Shown here piece after piece: positions 37,653-49,603 of a stretch of 55,949 bases of DNA. Every line of letters begins with the position of its first letter. Within the stretch, counting starts at the first letter, position 1. Under the pieces are notes generated by a model that had not been told where the DNA came from, did no database searches, and saw only the letters and a program-made list of their open reading frames with translations. This DNA comes from a bacterium (GTDB lineage Bacteria > Patescibacteriota > Minisyncoccia > Phycocordibacterales > Phycocordibacteraceae): NCBI GenBank assembly GCA_023264495.1, contig JAHFMM010000001.1, positions 1-55,949 on the forward strand. Reading direction: 5' to 3'. The translations under genes and the position numbers were made by a program.

Positions 37653-39392
37653 CTATCGTGTGAAGATCGGCCACACCGCGTCAGTCGAGCGATACCACGA
37701 GGCAACAGTCGCGAAGCGGTCGGCAGGAACGATGATCTGCGGGAGATCGATGCCGGAGAGGTCAGTAGGCACCGCATAGCTGAACTTGGGTGCGTAGAGG
37801 AATGCTGCCGGATAATCTGCCGCGATAATATCCTCGATCTTCTGCAAGTCGCCCATGCGCGCTTCCTTGCCAGGGTTCCCTCGGGCGTCCTCAAGAAGAG
37901 CGTCAATCGTCTTGTTTGCATAGAGGGCGATATTCAGCCCCGGATCTTTCAATTCCTGAGAGTCCCAGAAGGCATAGAGATCCTGATCGCGGCCGATGAC
38001 CATGCCGTAGAGAAGCGCTCCATACTTCCGCGGCCGAATGACATTTTGCGAGAGATCTCCCGGTTCGTAGAGCTCAATATCAACTCCGATGCCGAGTTTT
38101 TCCCAATCGGTCTTGACCGCAAGAGCGACATCTTTCATCTCGGCGACATTCGAGGTGCGGATGGTGATGGTGTCGAGCGACTGTTTTGCGGCAGCATTCT
38201 TCCATACTCGTGCGTCCCCGTCGTATGTCCATCCTGCCGCTTCGAGTACGTGCGCCGCAGTGGCAATCGGATCGCTTGAGGCAGGAACGGGCGTTTGTTT
38301 GATACTGCTGCTGCCTGGAGGAACAGGCCCCATAATCGGGATTGCTGATCCGCCGAGTACCGTTTCAACGATTGCAGGACGATCGAGCGCGAGAGAGAGC
38401 GCCTTACGCACCTCCGGTCGGGCGTAGATGTGGGTATCGCCTGGATTGAAGAAGACGCCAAAGACGCGCGCATAGGGTGCCGTGAGGGTGTTCGCCGCTG
38501 CGACACCATACGCGCTCTCGACCGAGCCATTCTTCAGTGCGGTCGTCAGCAAGTCAGTATTCGCATAGAAGTTGAAATGGATACTGTCGAGATACGGCCG
38601 CCCAAGCACATAGCGTTGATTCACAACGAGCGACACGCTCTCTATGAGCCCTGACGCATCGCGCGAGATGCTCTTGATCTTGAATGGGCCGGAGCCGACC
38701 GGATTCGTCTCAAGGGTAGAGAAGGGGAATTCAGTATCAGAGATGTTTCGCCACAGGTGCGCCGGGAGAATGCCGAGCGTCGTGAGCTCGAGGAACGGGG
38801 CATAGGGCTTTGCCAGCGTGAAGCGGACAGTGCGTGCGTCAAGCGCGACCACGGTGACGCCAGACCAGTTTGCGTATTCGGGGCTCTTGAGGGCGACATC
38901 TTTCGCTTTCCCGATGGTAAAGACAACATCGTCTGCGGTGAGCGGCGTTCCATCGGTGAAGGTCGTGTCATCTCGCAGAGTAAACGTATACGTCTTGCCG
39001 TCACCGCTCATCACATACTTTTCTGCGAGTATCGGCACAAGAGCCCCGTCCTTGGAGAGACCCATGAGCCCGGCATAGGTGAGTACCGACAGATCGCGGT
39101 CGGCATCGCTGATCGCGAGAAGCGGATTGATGAATTGCGGACTCCCAACGGTACCTTCAGCGAGCGAGCCACCGTACGCCGGGACTTGCACGAGAATCGA
39201 TTGCTCAAGCGCAAGAAGGCTCAGGAGGGAAGCGATACCCACAAGTCCCGAGAGAACGTAGACGATGAAGCGGTCGCCCTGAGAGAGCGATTGCATGTGC
39301 GCGCTCAAGCGGTTCAAGAGCGAGACGGTTCGCAAGCGCGTCAGTGTCTCCTGTGAGCGAGTGCGTACAGAAGACCAGTCTAGGTTGTTCAT
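37653..39392 (-). CDS. Peptide ABC transporter substrate-binding protein (family 5)
   Basis: YTFTLR....F.DG.PLTADDVVFT, PVGSGPFK, VRKALSLALDR. Confidence 0.92.
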   Translation of the reverse strand: MNNLDWSSVRTRSQETLTRLRTVSLLNRLSAHMQSLSQGDRFIVYVLSGLVGIASLLSLLALEQSILVQVPAYGGSLAEGTVGSPQFINPLLAISDADRDLSVLTYAGLMGLSKDGALVPILAEKYVMSGDGKTYTFTLRDDTTFTDGTPLTADDVVFTIGKAKDVALKSPEYANWSGVTVVALDARTVRFTLAKPYAPFLELTTLGILPAHLWRNISDTEFPFSTLETNPVGSGPFKIKSISRDASGLIESVSLVVNQRYVLGRPYLDSIHFNFYANTDLLTTALKNGSVESAYGVAAANTLTAPYARVFGVFFNPGDTHIYARPEVRKALSLALDRPAIVETVLGGSAIPIMGPVPPGSSSIKQTPVPASSDPIATAAHVLEAAGWTYDGDARVWKNAAAKQSLDTITIRTSNVAEMKDVALAVKTDWEKLGIGVDIELYEPGDLSQNVIRPRKYGALLYGMVIGRDQDLYAFWDSQELKDPGLNIALYANKTIDALLEDARGNPGKEARMGDLQKIEDIIAADYPAAFLYAPKFSYAVPTDLSGIDLPQIIVPADRFATVASWYRSTDAVWPIFTR

Positions 39393-39628
39393 GCTCCCGC
39401 CAGAAGGAAGTTCGTTACCGCGGTCAGCACGAGGAGCAGCGCGATAACGATCGTCGCGTTGAAAAGGAATTTCTCGGCGCCTCTGCGCTTATAGAATGTC
39501 GACGCGAAGTTGTCGCCTCCGAAGGCTCCTCCGAGAGTCGCGCCGCGCTGCTGGAGCACGATGCCGACTACGAGGAGTATTGAGAGGGTGATTTCCGCGT
39601 ACGGCAGTGCCGATACGAGTGCCTCCAT
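39389..39628 (-). CDS. secG: Preprotein translocase subunit SecG
   Basis: IVLQQRGATLGGAFGG, RRGAEKFL, two TM helices. Confidence 0.92.
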   Translation of the reverse strand: MEALVSALPYAEITLSILLVVGIVLQQRGATLGGAFGGDNFASTFYKRRGAEKFLFNATIVIALLLVLTAVTNFLLAGA

Positions 39629-39751
39629 CTGTGCCCGTAGGATACCATAGATGCTGCTTTTGCCGCAACTGTCGCACATTGGCCAAAGCCTGGCATTGGC
39701 CACATTGGCCATGCACACTATGTGATATAGTCTTCTTACCATAAATAATGT

Positions 39752-40870
39752 ATGCATTCTGAAGAATCCTACAAGCCCCACGCTGAGCGGAGAGAAACAC
39801 CTAATGAACAGGCGGTCGAGATAGCTGGACGCGGGGAGTATACAGAGATAGTGCAAGTATTGCGCGAGAACGGTCTTCTTGACGATGAGGTTGCCAGAGT
39901 GCGGCAGGAGTATGGGCTCGATGATATCCAGTGTATGACAGATGATGATCGACAAGAGTTTACCGTGCTTGATCTCTATGATCCAGAAACCGCACGGCAT
40001 TGTCTCGAGACCTACCGTCTCGCCCGGGAAAAGATGGAGAAGGAAATCTCTCCCGGGATATCATTTGCGCAACTCATCGAACGGCAAGACGGTGTATCGC
40101 TCGATCAATTCTATCGCGCCTGCCTGCTGCACGATATAGGGAAAGTCGAGGTGCCGCGCGCAATCATACACCATCCTATGGGTGATGCTGCCATGCTTGA
40201 GTGCGTTCACCACTTCTTTCATGAGCTGTACACGGCTGGAAAAGTACCTGCGGTGCTTGGGTTGGGAGAGAATGCGACAGATGTCGATATCGACCAGGCC
40301 TTTAAGGATCATCGTATGGTTCGTCCGATACAGGTAGTGCCGGCGTATGACGTGCTTACGCGAGAGGAACTAGCAGAAATCTATCGTCGTGGGTTTACCG
40401 GAGAAGAAACTTTGCTCGATATCATTAAGCCGCACGAAGCCGCCTCAGGCCGTATTCTCTCCGAGCGAGGACTGTCGGTCGAAGCATATCTCGTCGCACA
40501 CCATCATAATTATGGCGGAGAATCATTGCGTTACCCGATTGCTATCGGGGCAATGGACATCAGTATCGACCTTGTCGACGTGTTGCATCTCGCTGATGTG
40601 TCGCAAGCGCTACGCTCGCCTGCACGCCGCTACAAAGAAATATTCGGCGATTTGCATAATATGGCGATCATCGTTAAACATGCTGAAGAAGGGAAAGTGT
40701 CGCCGATTGCGGCATACTTCTGGCTTGAGGACGATTTAAAGACCTACGAAAGACAAAACAAAGAAAAAACTTCGAATCAAGAGAAATCAAAAGAAGAGGA
40801 AGAGCATCTTGTTGCCGTGCGTTCCTTCCTGACTAAGACCGAGAGCGCCATCGGGCAAGCATTGCACTGA
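39752..40870 (+). CDS. HD-domain protein (HD-GYP-like, divergent)
   Basis: TARHC, ACLLHDIGK, HHH, LADVSQALRSPARRYK. Confidence 0.8.
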   Translation: MHSEESYKPHAERRETPNEQAVEIAGRGEYTEIVQVLRENGLLDDEVARVRQEYGLDDIQCMTDDDRQEFTVLDLYDPETARHCLETYRLAREKMEKEISPGISFAQLIERQDGVSLDQFYRACLLHDIGKVEVPRAIIHHPMGDAAMLECVHHFFHELYTAGKVPAVLGLGENATDVDIDQAFKDHRMVRPIQVVPAYDVLTREELAEIYRRGFTGEETLLDIIKPHEAASGRILSERGLSVEAYLVAHHHNYGGESLRYPIAIGAMDISIDLVDVLHLADVSQALRSPARRYKEIFGDLHNMAIIVKHAEEGKVSPIAAYFWLEDDLKTYERQNKEKTSNQEKSKEEEEHLVAVRSFLTKTESAIGQALH

Positions 40871-40950
40871 CGAGCCGCCTTTCGTATACTCAACGAACAC
40901 GGGCAGTACGGGCGCTGCCTGCCGGGATTATACATAATTATAGAACACCT

Positions 40951-42892
<1,942 letters not shown>

Positions 42893-42907
42893 AAGAGGTA
42901 TTAGGAG

Positions 42908-42938
42908 AAAAAGCCCCAGCATCCTGCGGGGGCTTTTT
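42908..42938 (+). terminator. Terminator after groEL
   Basis: AAAAAGCCCC...GGGGCTTTT hairpin. Confidence 0.7.
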
Positions 42939-42946
42939 AACAAGCA

Positions 42947-42975
42947 TTGACAGCTGTAATACAGCTTGTTACACT
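42947..42975 (+). promoter_or_regulatory. Sigma70 promoter of a TA operon with an operator-like palindrome
   Basis: TTGACA-17nt-TACACT; the spacer holds AGCTGTA-a-TACAGCT (42952-42966). Confidence 0.75.
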
Positions 42976-42983
42976 CTATATAT

Positions 42984-43199
42984 ATGAGAAGCGTCATAAA
43001 TATCTCCGTTCCTGATCTAGTAAGGAAAGAGGTCGATCGCGAAGTGCGTGCCGGCGGCTACGCCTCAGTGAGCGAATTCTTCCGTGCTGTGTTGCGCGAA
43101 CGAAAGGAGCAGATGCTCCTGCGCGATGTCGAAGAAAGCCGTCGAGAAGTTCAAGCCGGGCACGCGCGAGTATTGCGATCGCTGAAGGATCTCCGCTAG
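42984..43199 (+). CDS. Ribbon-helix-helix antitoxin (ParD/CopG-like)
   Basis: INISVP, GGYASVSEFFR, G.ARVLRSLKDLR. Confidence 0.85.
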   Translation: MRSVINISVPDLVRKEVDREVRAGGYASVSEFFRAVLRERKEQMLLRDVEESRREVQAGHARVLRSLKDLR

Positions 43200-43205
43200 C
43201 CGCGC

Positions 43206-43463
43206 ATGCAGATACTGTACTCCGCGCGATTTGTGAGGCGCTACAAGAAGCTCACTGCATCAGTGAAGTCTTCTGCCGAACATCGCGAAAAGCTTTTCCG
43301 CAAAGATCGCAACAATCCGCTTCTCGGAACGCATAAGCTGAAAGGGAAGATGGCGGGACTCTGGGCATTCTCAATCAGCGATCGATTCAGAATTATATTC
43401 GAACAAGTAGATGAAGAGACGACTATCTTCCATACTGTCGGAGATCATAACGTGTACGAATAA
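43206..43463 (+). CDS. RelE/YafQ-family toxin
   Basis: F.RRYKKL, L.THKLKGKM.GLWAFSI...FRIIF, VGDHNVY. Confidence 0.9.
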   Translation: MQILYSARFVRRYKKLTASVKSSAEHREKLFRKDRNNPLLGTHKLKGKMAGLWAFSISDRFRIIFEQVDEETTIFHTVGDHNVYE

Positions 43464-43488
43464 AAATCGCGGGTGCCGCGGTTGTACA

Positions 43489-44223
43489 TTACGAGAGGGT
43501 GAGATGCTCGTTGAAGCTTATGACACGCCATCCGCGAGCTGGTGAGAATAGTTGCCACGGATGGAATTCGATTATCGTAATGCCGGCATTGTCAGAAATA
43601 TTGAAGAAAGAAAGTTTTACGAAATCGCTCGCGTGGAGCCGTTCTCGGTAGAGGAGATACGCGACAATCATCTTGAGGATGTGGTGGTGAGTAATAATGA
43701 TCGTGCCATCTCGGCCTTGCTGTGCGAGAAGCGCGAGGCAAGTTCGCGCACGCTTCTTCAGTTCTGAGAATGTTTCTTCGTCAGAGAAAAGATAGTCGTC
43801 ATCGTGGTAGGCAAGATCCATCTGATCGACGATGCGGATGACTTCGGGATCCCGCGTGTTCTTGCCGATGATCTCGCTCGGGTTTCTTCTCTCGGTGAAA
43901 AGAAGAGAAGGGATGATAGGGACATGAAGATTGGCATTGATGATCGCCGCAGTCTCAAGCGCTCTCGGATAGGCGCTTGAGACGATGCGTGCTATGCGGA
44001 GGGGGCGCAAATACTTTCCGATCATGACCGCCTGTTCTCGCCCGCGTTCTGACAGTTCTCCAGTCTCCCCTTGCCGAATGTGTTGCGCATTAAGCAGGGT
44101 TTCGCCATGACGAATAAGATAGAATCGCCGCGGTCGCATGAACAAGAGCAGTATGAGGATACCGGAAACGCATGCGATTGTGGCGAGGACAGGGTCTATC
44201 TCAAGAGAGGCGGGCATGTGCAT
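43489..44223 (-). CDS. Histidine phosphatase family protein with an N-terminal TM anchor
   Basis: YLIRHGET, LSERGREQA, SS.YPRALETA. Confidence 0.9.
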   Translation of the reverse strand: MHMPASLEIDPVLATIACVSGILILLLFMRPRRFYLIRHGETLLNAQHIRQGETGELSERGREQAVMIGKYLRPLRIARIVSSAYPRALETAAIINANLHVPIIPSLLFTERRNPSEIIGKNTRDPEVIRIVDQMDLAYHDDDYLFSDEETFSELKKRARTCLALLAQQGRDGTIIITHHHILKMIVAYLLYRERLHASDFVKLSFFNISDNAGITIIEFHPWQLFSPARGWRVISFNEHLTLS

Positions 44224-44252
44224 CTAGTATACCCGAATGATACACTTCACCC

Positions 44253-45740
44253 ATGAAGTTACATAAGTATCTCGCTTCTCATGGATGGATGTACAGCATC
44301 GTCGCTCTCGTTGTCATTGTGAGCGGCTATATATTCTTTGCGAGACACACCGGCTCACCCTATCAATTCATCACCGTCACGCGGGGTTCTATCGAGCAGA
44401 CGGTCTCGGTGACGGGTAATACGACGCCCACAAAGAGCGTCTCGCTCGGCTTTCAGAATACCGGCACGATCGCGCATCTCTATTATTCTTTGGGAGATCG
44501 GGTAGCGGCAGGCGCGATCATTGCCGAGCTTAACACGGCAAGTCTCTCGGCTGCATTCGCACAGGCACAGGCGAATCTGGCGGTTGCACAGGCGAATCTG
44601 GCAGGACTCACTGCGGGCACGCGGCCCGAACAGCTCGCCATCGATCAAAACGCTGTCATGCAAGACCAGATTGCGCTCAGGAATGTGATCATGAGCGCAT
44701 ATGCCGCTGCCGACACAGCCGTTCATAACACTGCCGATCAGCTCTTTATCAATCCACGCACCACAAATGCCGCGCTTACGGTTGTCGTCCCTGATGCGAA
44801 CCTTGTCAATCAGATAGTGCAAGAACGTAGCGCTCTCGAGCCAGTGCTCGCCAATTGGAATGCCGAGAACATTACTGCCGTACAGGCATCAGAGAATCTC
44901 ACGCAAATCACCGTCTTCCTTAATGATCTTGCTGCTGCTCTCGCTAAGACACAACCCTCGGCAAACATCTCAGCCACAACCTTGAGTTCGTACGCATCGG
45001 CAATAGCGGCCGCACGCACAAGCGTCACTGCTGCAGCGAGCGCATTGACCGCGGCACAGTCGGTGCTCACGGCCGCAGATGGCGCACTCGCACTCGCGCA
45101 GGCGGGTCCGACGCCACAGGCAGTAGCGGCGGGGGAGGCGCAGGTCGCGGTGGCGCGCGCAAGTGTCGCAAGCGCTCGAGCTGCTCTTGAGAACGCAGAG
45201 ATTGTCGCGCCTATAGGCGGCACCATCATCGGACTCGACGCGAAGGTCGGCCAGCTCGCGACGCCCGGCACGCCGCTTGTCGCTATCATCGGTACCGGCG
45301 GTTTTGAGGTCGATGTTGGCGTCTCGGAGACGGATATCGGCAAGCTCACGGTCGCAGACGCGGCGTCGATGACGCTCGACGCCCTCCCGAACGAGACCTT
45401 CACTGGCAAGGTATTCTATATCGCTCCCGCGCAGACCAACACGCAAGGTGTGATCACGTATCTGATCAAAATATCCTTCGACAAGCCGGACGCGCGCTTC
45501 AAGAGCGGGCTCACGACGAATGTAACTATCGAATCGAAGCGCGACGACAATGTCCTCATACTCCCGCAGTATGCGATCTTGCAGAACGATAGCGGCACCT
45601 TCGTTGAGATCTTGTCTAGGGGCGGAGCGACGACGAGCCCCGTCACGCTCGGCATACAAGACCAAAAAGGAAACGTCGAAGTGCTCCGTGGTGTGAGCGA
45701 GGGGGAGCAGGTGATTAATATCGGGCTCAAGCCACAATGA
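44253..45740 (+). CDS. Efflux membrane-fusion adaptor (MacA/HlyD-like)
   Basis: N-terminal TM, lipoyl half-motifs around an Ala-rich coiled coil, IVAPIGG. Confidence 0.88.
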   Translation: MKLHKYLASHGWMYSIVALVVIVSGYIFFARHTGSPYQFITVTRGSIEQTVSVTGNTTPTKSVSLGFQNTGTIAHLYYSLGDRVAAGAIIAELNTASLSAAFAQAQANLAVAQANLAGLTAGTRPEQLAIDQNAVMQDQIALRNVIMSAYAAADTAVHNTADQLFINPRTTNAALTVVVPDANLVNQIVQERSALEPVLANWNAENITAVQASENLTQITVFLNDLAAALAKTQPSANISATTLSSYASAIAAARTSVTAAASALTAAQSVLTAADGALALAQAGPTPQAVAAGEAQVAVARASVASARAALENAEIVAPIGGTIIGLDAKVGQLATPGTPLVAIIGTGGFEVDVGVSETDIGKLTVADAASMTLDALPNETFTGKVFYIAPAQTNTQGVITYLIKISFDKPDARFKSGLTTNVTIESKRDDNVLILPQYAILQNDSGTFVEILSRGGATTSPVTLGIQDQKGNVEVLRGVSEGEQVINIGLKPQ

Positions 45741-46441
45741 TCGAGGTGCATAACCTGCAGAAGGAATATCTCGATGAAGAGACATCGACCTTGGCGCTTC
45801 GCGACGTAAGTTTCTCTATAAAGAAAGGCGAGTTCGTCTCGATCATGGGCCCGTCCGGGAGCGGGAAGTCGACCCTGCTTCAGATACTGAGCTTCCTGGA
45901 TCGGCCGACTGGCGGCACCTACACCTTCGATGGCCGGAGCATCGACGAGATGACCGACCGCGAGCTCGCGCAGGTTCGCAATAGAGACATGGGCTTCGTC
46001 TTTCAATCATTCAATCTGCTCTCACGCCTGACGGTATATGACAATGTCGAGATTCCGCTCCTCTATTCAAACATCCCGCCCGCGAGCCGCCCTGCGCTCG
46101 TCGAGGCGGCCGTCAACTCGGTCGGTCTCGAAGAGAAGCTTAACACCGAGGCTGGCAAGCTCTCGGGCGGGCAGAAGCAGCGCGTCGCCATCGCCCGTGC
46201 GCTCGTTACCGGTCCCGCAGTCATTTTCGCGGACGAGCCGACCGGCAATCTCGACTCGCAGTCTGGTTTGCAGATCATGGATATCCTCGATTCGCTCAAC
46301 AAGAAAGGTCGCACCGTGATACTCGTTACGCATGAGACGCAGACTGCCGAGTTTGCCAATCGCATCGTGAGGATCAGGGACGGTAAGGTAGAGAGCGACG
46401 AGCCGATAGCCGCACACCGCGCGAGCGGCAGTCTCAAGTAA
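45737..46441 (+). CDS. ABC transporter ATP-binding protein (MacB/LolD-like)
   Basis: [33 protein letters not shown]. Confidence 0.95.
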   Translation: MIEVHNLQKEYLDEETSTLALRDVSFSIKKGEFVSIMGPSGSGKSTLLQILSFLDRPTGGTYTFDGRSIDEMTDRELAQVRNRDMGFVFQSFNLLSRLTVYDNVEIPLLYSNIPPASRPALVEAAVNSVGLEEKLNTEAGKLSGGQKQRVAIARALVTGPAVIFADEPTGNLDSQSGLQIMDILDSLNKKGRTVILVTHETQTAEFANRIVRIRDGKVESDEPIAAHRASGSLK

Positions 46442-46442
46442 T

Positions 46443-47693
46443 ATGCTCATCCGCGACGCATTCAAGACCGCTCTGCGCAGCCTCATGCACGGCATGATGC
46501 GTTCCGTCCTCACGATGCTTGGTGTCGTCATTGGCATCGCCTCGGTGATTATTCTTATGTCGATCGGACAGTCGGCGCAAGACCTCATCCTCAATCAGGT
46601 GCAGAGCATCGGGAGCGATCTTATCATCATCACGCCCGGCGCACCGGCAAACGGCAAGTTCTCGCCGCCAGCCTCGGCACAGGGCATCATTGTTACGAGC
46701 TTGAAACAAAACGATGTCGATGCACTCCAGAGGGAGCCGGCGATTCTCTATGCTGTGCCGGAGGTCCGCGGACAGGCCGATGTGGTTTATGGGAACAACA
46801 TTGTGACCGAGGGCTACACAGGGAGCACGCAGGACTTCTTCTTAGTCAGCAATCTTGCCGCGACCGCGAAGGGTCAGCCCTTCGCTAAGAGCGATGTCGA
46901 TTCTGGCAATCATGTCGTCGTCATCGGGCCGGATCTCGCGACGACCTTGTTTGGCGCGAATGTCGACCCCATCAATAAGACGATACGGGTCAAAAACATC
47001 TCCTTCCGCGTTGTTGGGGTCTTAGGCAAGAGCGGGATGGGAGCGTTCGGCGTCGATATTGGCAATCTCGTCGTGATGCCGATTACGGTCGCGCAGACAC
47101 AACTCCTCGGCACCAACTTTTTCAACGTCATCGTCACGCAGGCGAATGCGAGCTACACGATCGACTTCGTGAAGTCGCGGATAGCCTTCACCTTAGAACA
47201 GAATCATGGTATCCATGACTCGAACAAAGACGATTTCAATATAGAGACGCAAGCCGATATCTTGTCTCTGCTCGGCAACATCACCTCGATCCTCACGCTC
47301 TTCTTGGCGGCCATCGCTTCAATCTCGCTTATCGTCGGCGGTATTGGGATCATGAACATCATGCTTGTCTCGGTGACCGAACGCACGCGCGAAATCGGGC
47401 TGCGTAAGGCGGTCGGTGCGACCGATAGCGATATCCTCAAGCAATTCTTAATAGAATCGATTCTACTCACCTCGGCAGGGGGCGTGATCGGTATCGCGCT
47501 TGGCGCTGCAGTCGTCGGTATCGTCTACGAAGCGCTCACGACTTTCGCCTCGATCGGATGGGTATTCGCCTTCCCAATCTCGTCAGTAGCGCTCAGTCTC
47601 GCCGTCTCCGGCGTGGCAGGTATCGCTTTCGGCATCTATCCGGCGCGCCAAGCGAGCAAGAAGAATCCGATTGACGCCTTACGCTACGAGTAA
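46443..47693 (+). CDS. ABC transporter permease (MacB/FtsX-like)
   Basis: [48 protein letters not shown]. Confidence 0.95.
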   Translation: MLIRDAFKTALRSLMHGMMRSVLTMLGVVIGIASVIILMSIGQSAQDLILNQVQSIGSDLIIITPGAPANGKFSPPASAQGIIVTSLKQNDVDALQREPAILYAVPEVRGQADVVYGNNIVTEGYTGSTQDFFLVSNLAATAKGQPFAKSDVDSGNHVVVIGPDLATTLFGANVDPINKTIRVKNISFRVVGVLGKSGMGAFGVDIGNLVVMPITVAQTQLLGTNFFNVIVTQANASYTIDFVKSRIAFTLEQNHGIHDSNKDDFNIETQADILSLLGNITSILTLFLAAIASISLIVGGIGIMNIMLVSVTERTREIGLRKAVGATDSDILKQFLIESILLTSAGGVIGIALGAAVVGIVYEALTTFASIGWVFAFPISSVALSLAVSGVAGIAFGIYPARQASKKNPIDALRYE

Positions 47694-47793
47694 TTCTCAA
47701 CGCCTGTTGTACACAGGCCGTCTCCCAAGTAAGAAAAGAACAGTCATACTATAAGAAGCGGATTACTGCCGCTTTAATCATCTCCTACACTAC

Positions 47794-48033
47794 ATGAAGG
47801 CATTGCACGGTATCTCATTTGTGCTTCTCGTTATCGGCGGTCTCAACTGGGGCCTTATCGCTATCGGGTATTGGATGGGCAGCGACTGGAATGTCGTGAA
47901 GGCAATTCTCGGTTCGGTGCCGGCAGTCGAAAATATCGTCTATCTGCTCGTCGGTCTCTCAGCGCTCTCGCTCGCGTTCTCACACAAGAGCGACTGCCGC
48001 GCGTGCGGCGCCTCGATGGGGCAGTCGATGTAA
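47794..48033 (+). CDS. DUF378 family small membrane protein
   Basis: LLVIGGLNWGL, IVYLLVGLSA. Confidence 0.88.
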   Translation: MKALHGISFVLLVIGGLNWGLIAIGYWMGSDWNVVKAILGSVPAVENIVYLLVGLSALSLAFSHKSDCRACGASMGQSM

Positions 48034-48071
48034 TTCTGAAATTACATACGGCGCGGCATAGCCGCATCAAT

Positions 48072-48189
48072 ACAGCGCCGGCCCTTGGCCGGCGCTGTTC
48101 GCAAACTGAGGGTTGCGACAGGCTGTTCTTGGTAGGTGAACAATCCATTATCCCCACACCAGGCTTGCACGCCCGCGCGAAGCGCGGGC
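48072..48189 (+). repeat. Interrupted copy of the 80-bp double-hairpin repeat
   Basis: Hairpin ACAGCGCCGGCC-ctt-GGCCGGCGCTGT (48072-48098), then 48149-48189 identical to the 3' half of the copy at 48869. Confidence 0.85.
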
Positions 48190-48194
48190 TATTT

Positions 48195-48557
48195 TCAGCT
48201 GACGACCCCTTCTGGGAAGGGCGGATAGGTTGTGTCGACATAGGTGCGAATGGTCTCCTCGTCTTTCGGTGCGTCGACCGATGCTGTTTCCCACACGAGC
48301 GGCAATTCGAGACTGAAATAATCATGTGCGGCCCAATCGCGCATACCAGCCATTTCTCTCCAGGGGACATCAACGCGCGCACGCGTCTCTTCTGACACTT
48401 TCTTGGCGAGCTGACCGATAACTTCAAGTTGCATGATGACCGCGCTTTGAGTCTTCTGGTCAGAAAGAAAAGCGGTTTCATTCATGCCGGCGATAAATGC
48501 GCTGATCTTCCCGAATGAGTCCAGCATTAGTCGGAGATATGCTGAGTCATCCTTCAT
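48195..48557 (-). CDS. HEPN (DUF86/HepT-like) ribonuclease toxin
   Basis: LEVIGQ, VPWREMAGMRDWAAHDY (Rx4H). Confidence 0.9.
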   Translation of the reverse strand: MKDDSAYLRLMLDSFGKISAFIAGMNETAFLSDQKTQSAVIMQLEVIGQLAKKVSEETRARVDVPWREMAGMRDWAAHDYFSLELPLVWETASVDAPKDEETIRTYVDTTYPPFPEGVVS

Positions 48558-48840
48558 ACAGCGGTCGAAGGTCGCGGTAGATCGAATCGCGGAAGTATGG
48601 GATAATCGATCCCTCAGAAACCACGTCCACAGGGCGGTTTAGTCGTTCAGTAAGCATCTCGCGTAGCCCAACGTAATCACGCAATGACGCATGATCGCGA
48701 TACACAACGAGTACGTCTATATCGCTGTCCGGCCGCGCCGCGCCGCGCGCGAAGGAACCAAAGATATGCGCACGCTTCACGCCATATTTCTCGAATACGG
48801 GTCTCGCTTTTCTTGCAATATCTTCTATTGTTGGCTGCAT
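48547..48840 (-). CDS. Minimal nucleotidyltransferase (MNT) antitoxin
   Basis: IFGSFARG.ARPDSDIDVLV, RPVDVV. Confidence 0.92.
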   Translation of the reverse strand: MQPTIEDIARKARPVFEKYGVKRAHIFGSFARGAARPDSDIDVLVVYRDHASLRDYVGLREMLTERLNRPVDVVSEGSIIPYFRDSIYRDLRPLYEG

Positions 48841-48868
48841 GCGCGCATTATACCATATGCTACAACAT

Positions 48869-48948
48869 AGCGCCGGCCGCTTTGCGGCCGGCGCTACGCT
48901 TGCGCTATCCCCACACCAGGCTTGCACGCCCGCGCGAAGCGCGGGCGT
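48869..48948 (+). repeat. 80-bp double-hairpin direct repeat, copy A
   Basis: Identical to 49503-49582 except loop GAA vs TTC. Confidence 0.95.
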
Positions 48949-49012
48949 TATTCTACACGTATCCAATATTCTCCCTGCTACAATGGTCGACAAATATGGT
49001 ATGCTGAAGATA

Positions 49013-49243
49013 ATGAAAAATATCATTCAGTACCGCATCTTTAAGGGTGACAAATACTATGTCGCCGAGGGTTTGGATTTGCCGGTAGTTACGCAGGGCA
49101 AGACGCTCGATGAGCTTGCGAAGAATATCCAAGAAGCCACAGAGCTCTGTCTCGAAGGTGAGAATCCCGCCGACTTCGGTCTTGCACCGGCCTCTCCACT
49201 GTTCGTCAACTTCGAGTTGCCCCGCAGTTTCTCGCATGCCTAA
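49013..49243 (+). CDS. HicB-like antitoxin
   Basis: YYVAE, VVTQGKTLDEL.KNIQEA.EL.LE. Confidence 0.85.
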   Translation: MKNIIQYRIFKGDKYYVAEGLDLPVVTQGKTLDELAKNIQEATELCLEGENPADFGLAPASPLFVNFELPRSFSHA

Positions 49244-49484
49244 GCCGAAGATTCTCGCCGGGCAAGATATCGTACATATTTTCGAGAGCTTTGGATTCTC
49301 TGTAGTCGATCAACGGGGAAGCCATATCAAACTTCGTCGCGTTGTTGTAGACGGCTTGCGCGAAACGTTTACCGTGCCTAATCACAAAGAACTCGATCGC
49401 GGAACTATTGTCTCGCTGTACAGGCAAGCCTCGCGCTACATTCCAGAGTCCGAACTTCGGCCACATTTCTATAACCACAAATGA
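49236..49484 (+). CDS. HicA-family toxin
   Basis: GF....QRGSHIKL, TVPNHKEL.RGT. Confidence 0.9.
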   Translation: MPKPKILAGQDIVHIFESFGFSVVDQRGSHIKLRRVVVDGLRETFTVPNHKELDRGTIVSLYRQASRYIPESELRPHFYNHK

Positions 49485-49502
49485 AAAGGGTTTCTTAGAC
49501 AG

Positions 49503-49582
49503 AGCGCCGGCCGCTTTGCGGCCGGCGCTACGCTTGCGCTATCCCCACACCAGGCTTGCACGCCCGCGCTTCGCGCGGGCGT
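49503..49582 (+). repeat. 80-bp double-hairpin direct repeat, copy B
   Basis: Identical to 48869-48948 except the second loop. Confidence 0.95.
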
Positions 49583-49603
49583 ACATAGTATACTGAGCCT
49601 ATC

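Noticed and set aside
40870..40950. CIRCE element upstream of groES
   Set aside because: No TTAGCACTC-N9-GAGTGCTAA match; only a TTGCAC/TATACT promoter-like pair.
48860..48955. Canonical integron attC site
   Set aside because: Copy A is flanked by AAC...GTT but does not fit RYYYAAC/GTTRRRY, copy B lacks these ends, and no integrase is present.
48072..49582. CRISPR array interpretation of the repeats
   Set aside because: Only 2-3 copies of 80 bp separated by 550-680 bp of genes; no cas genes.
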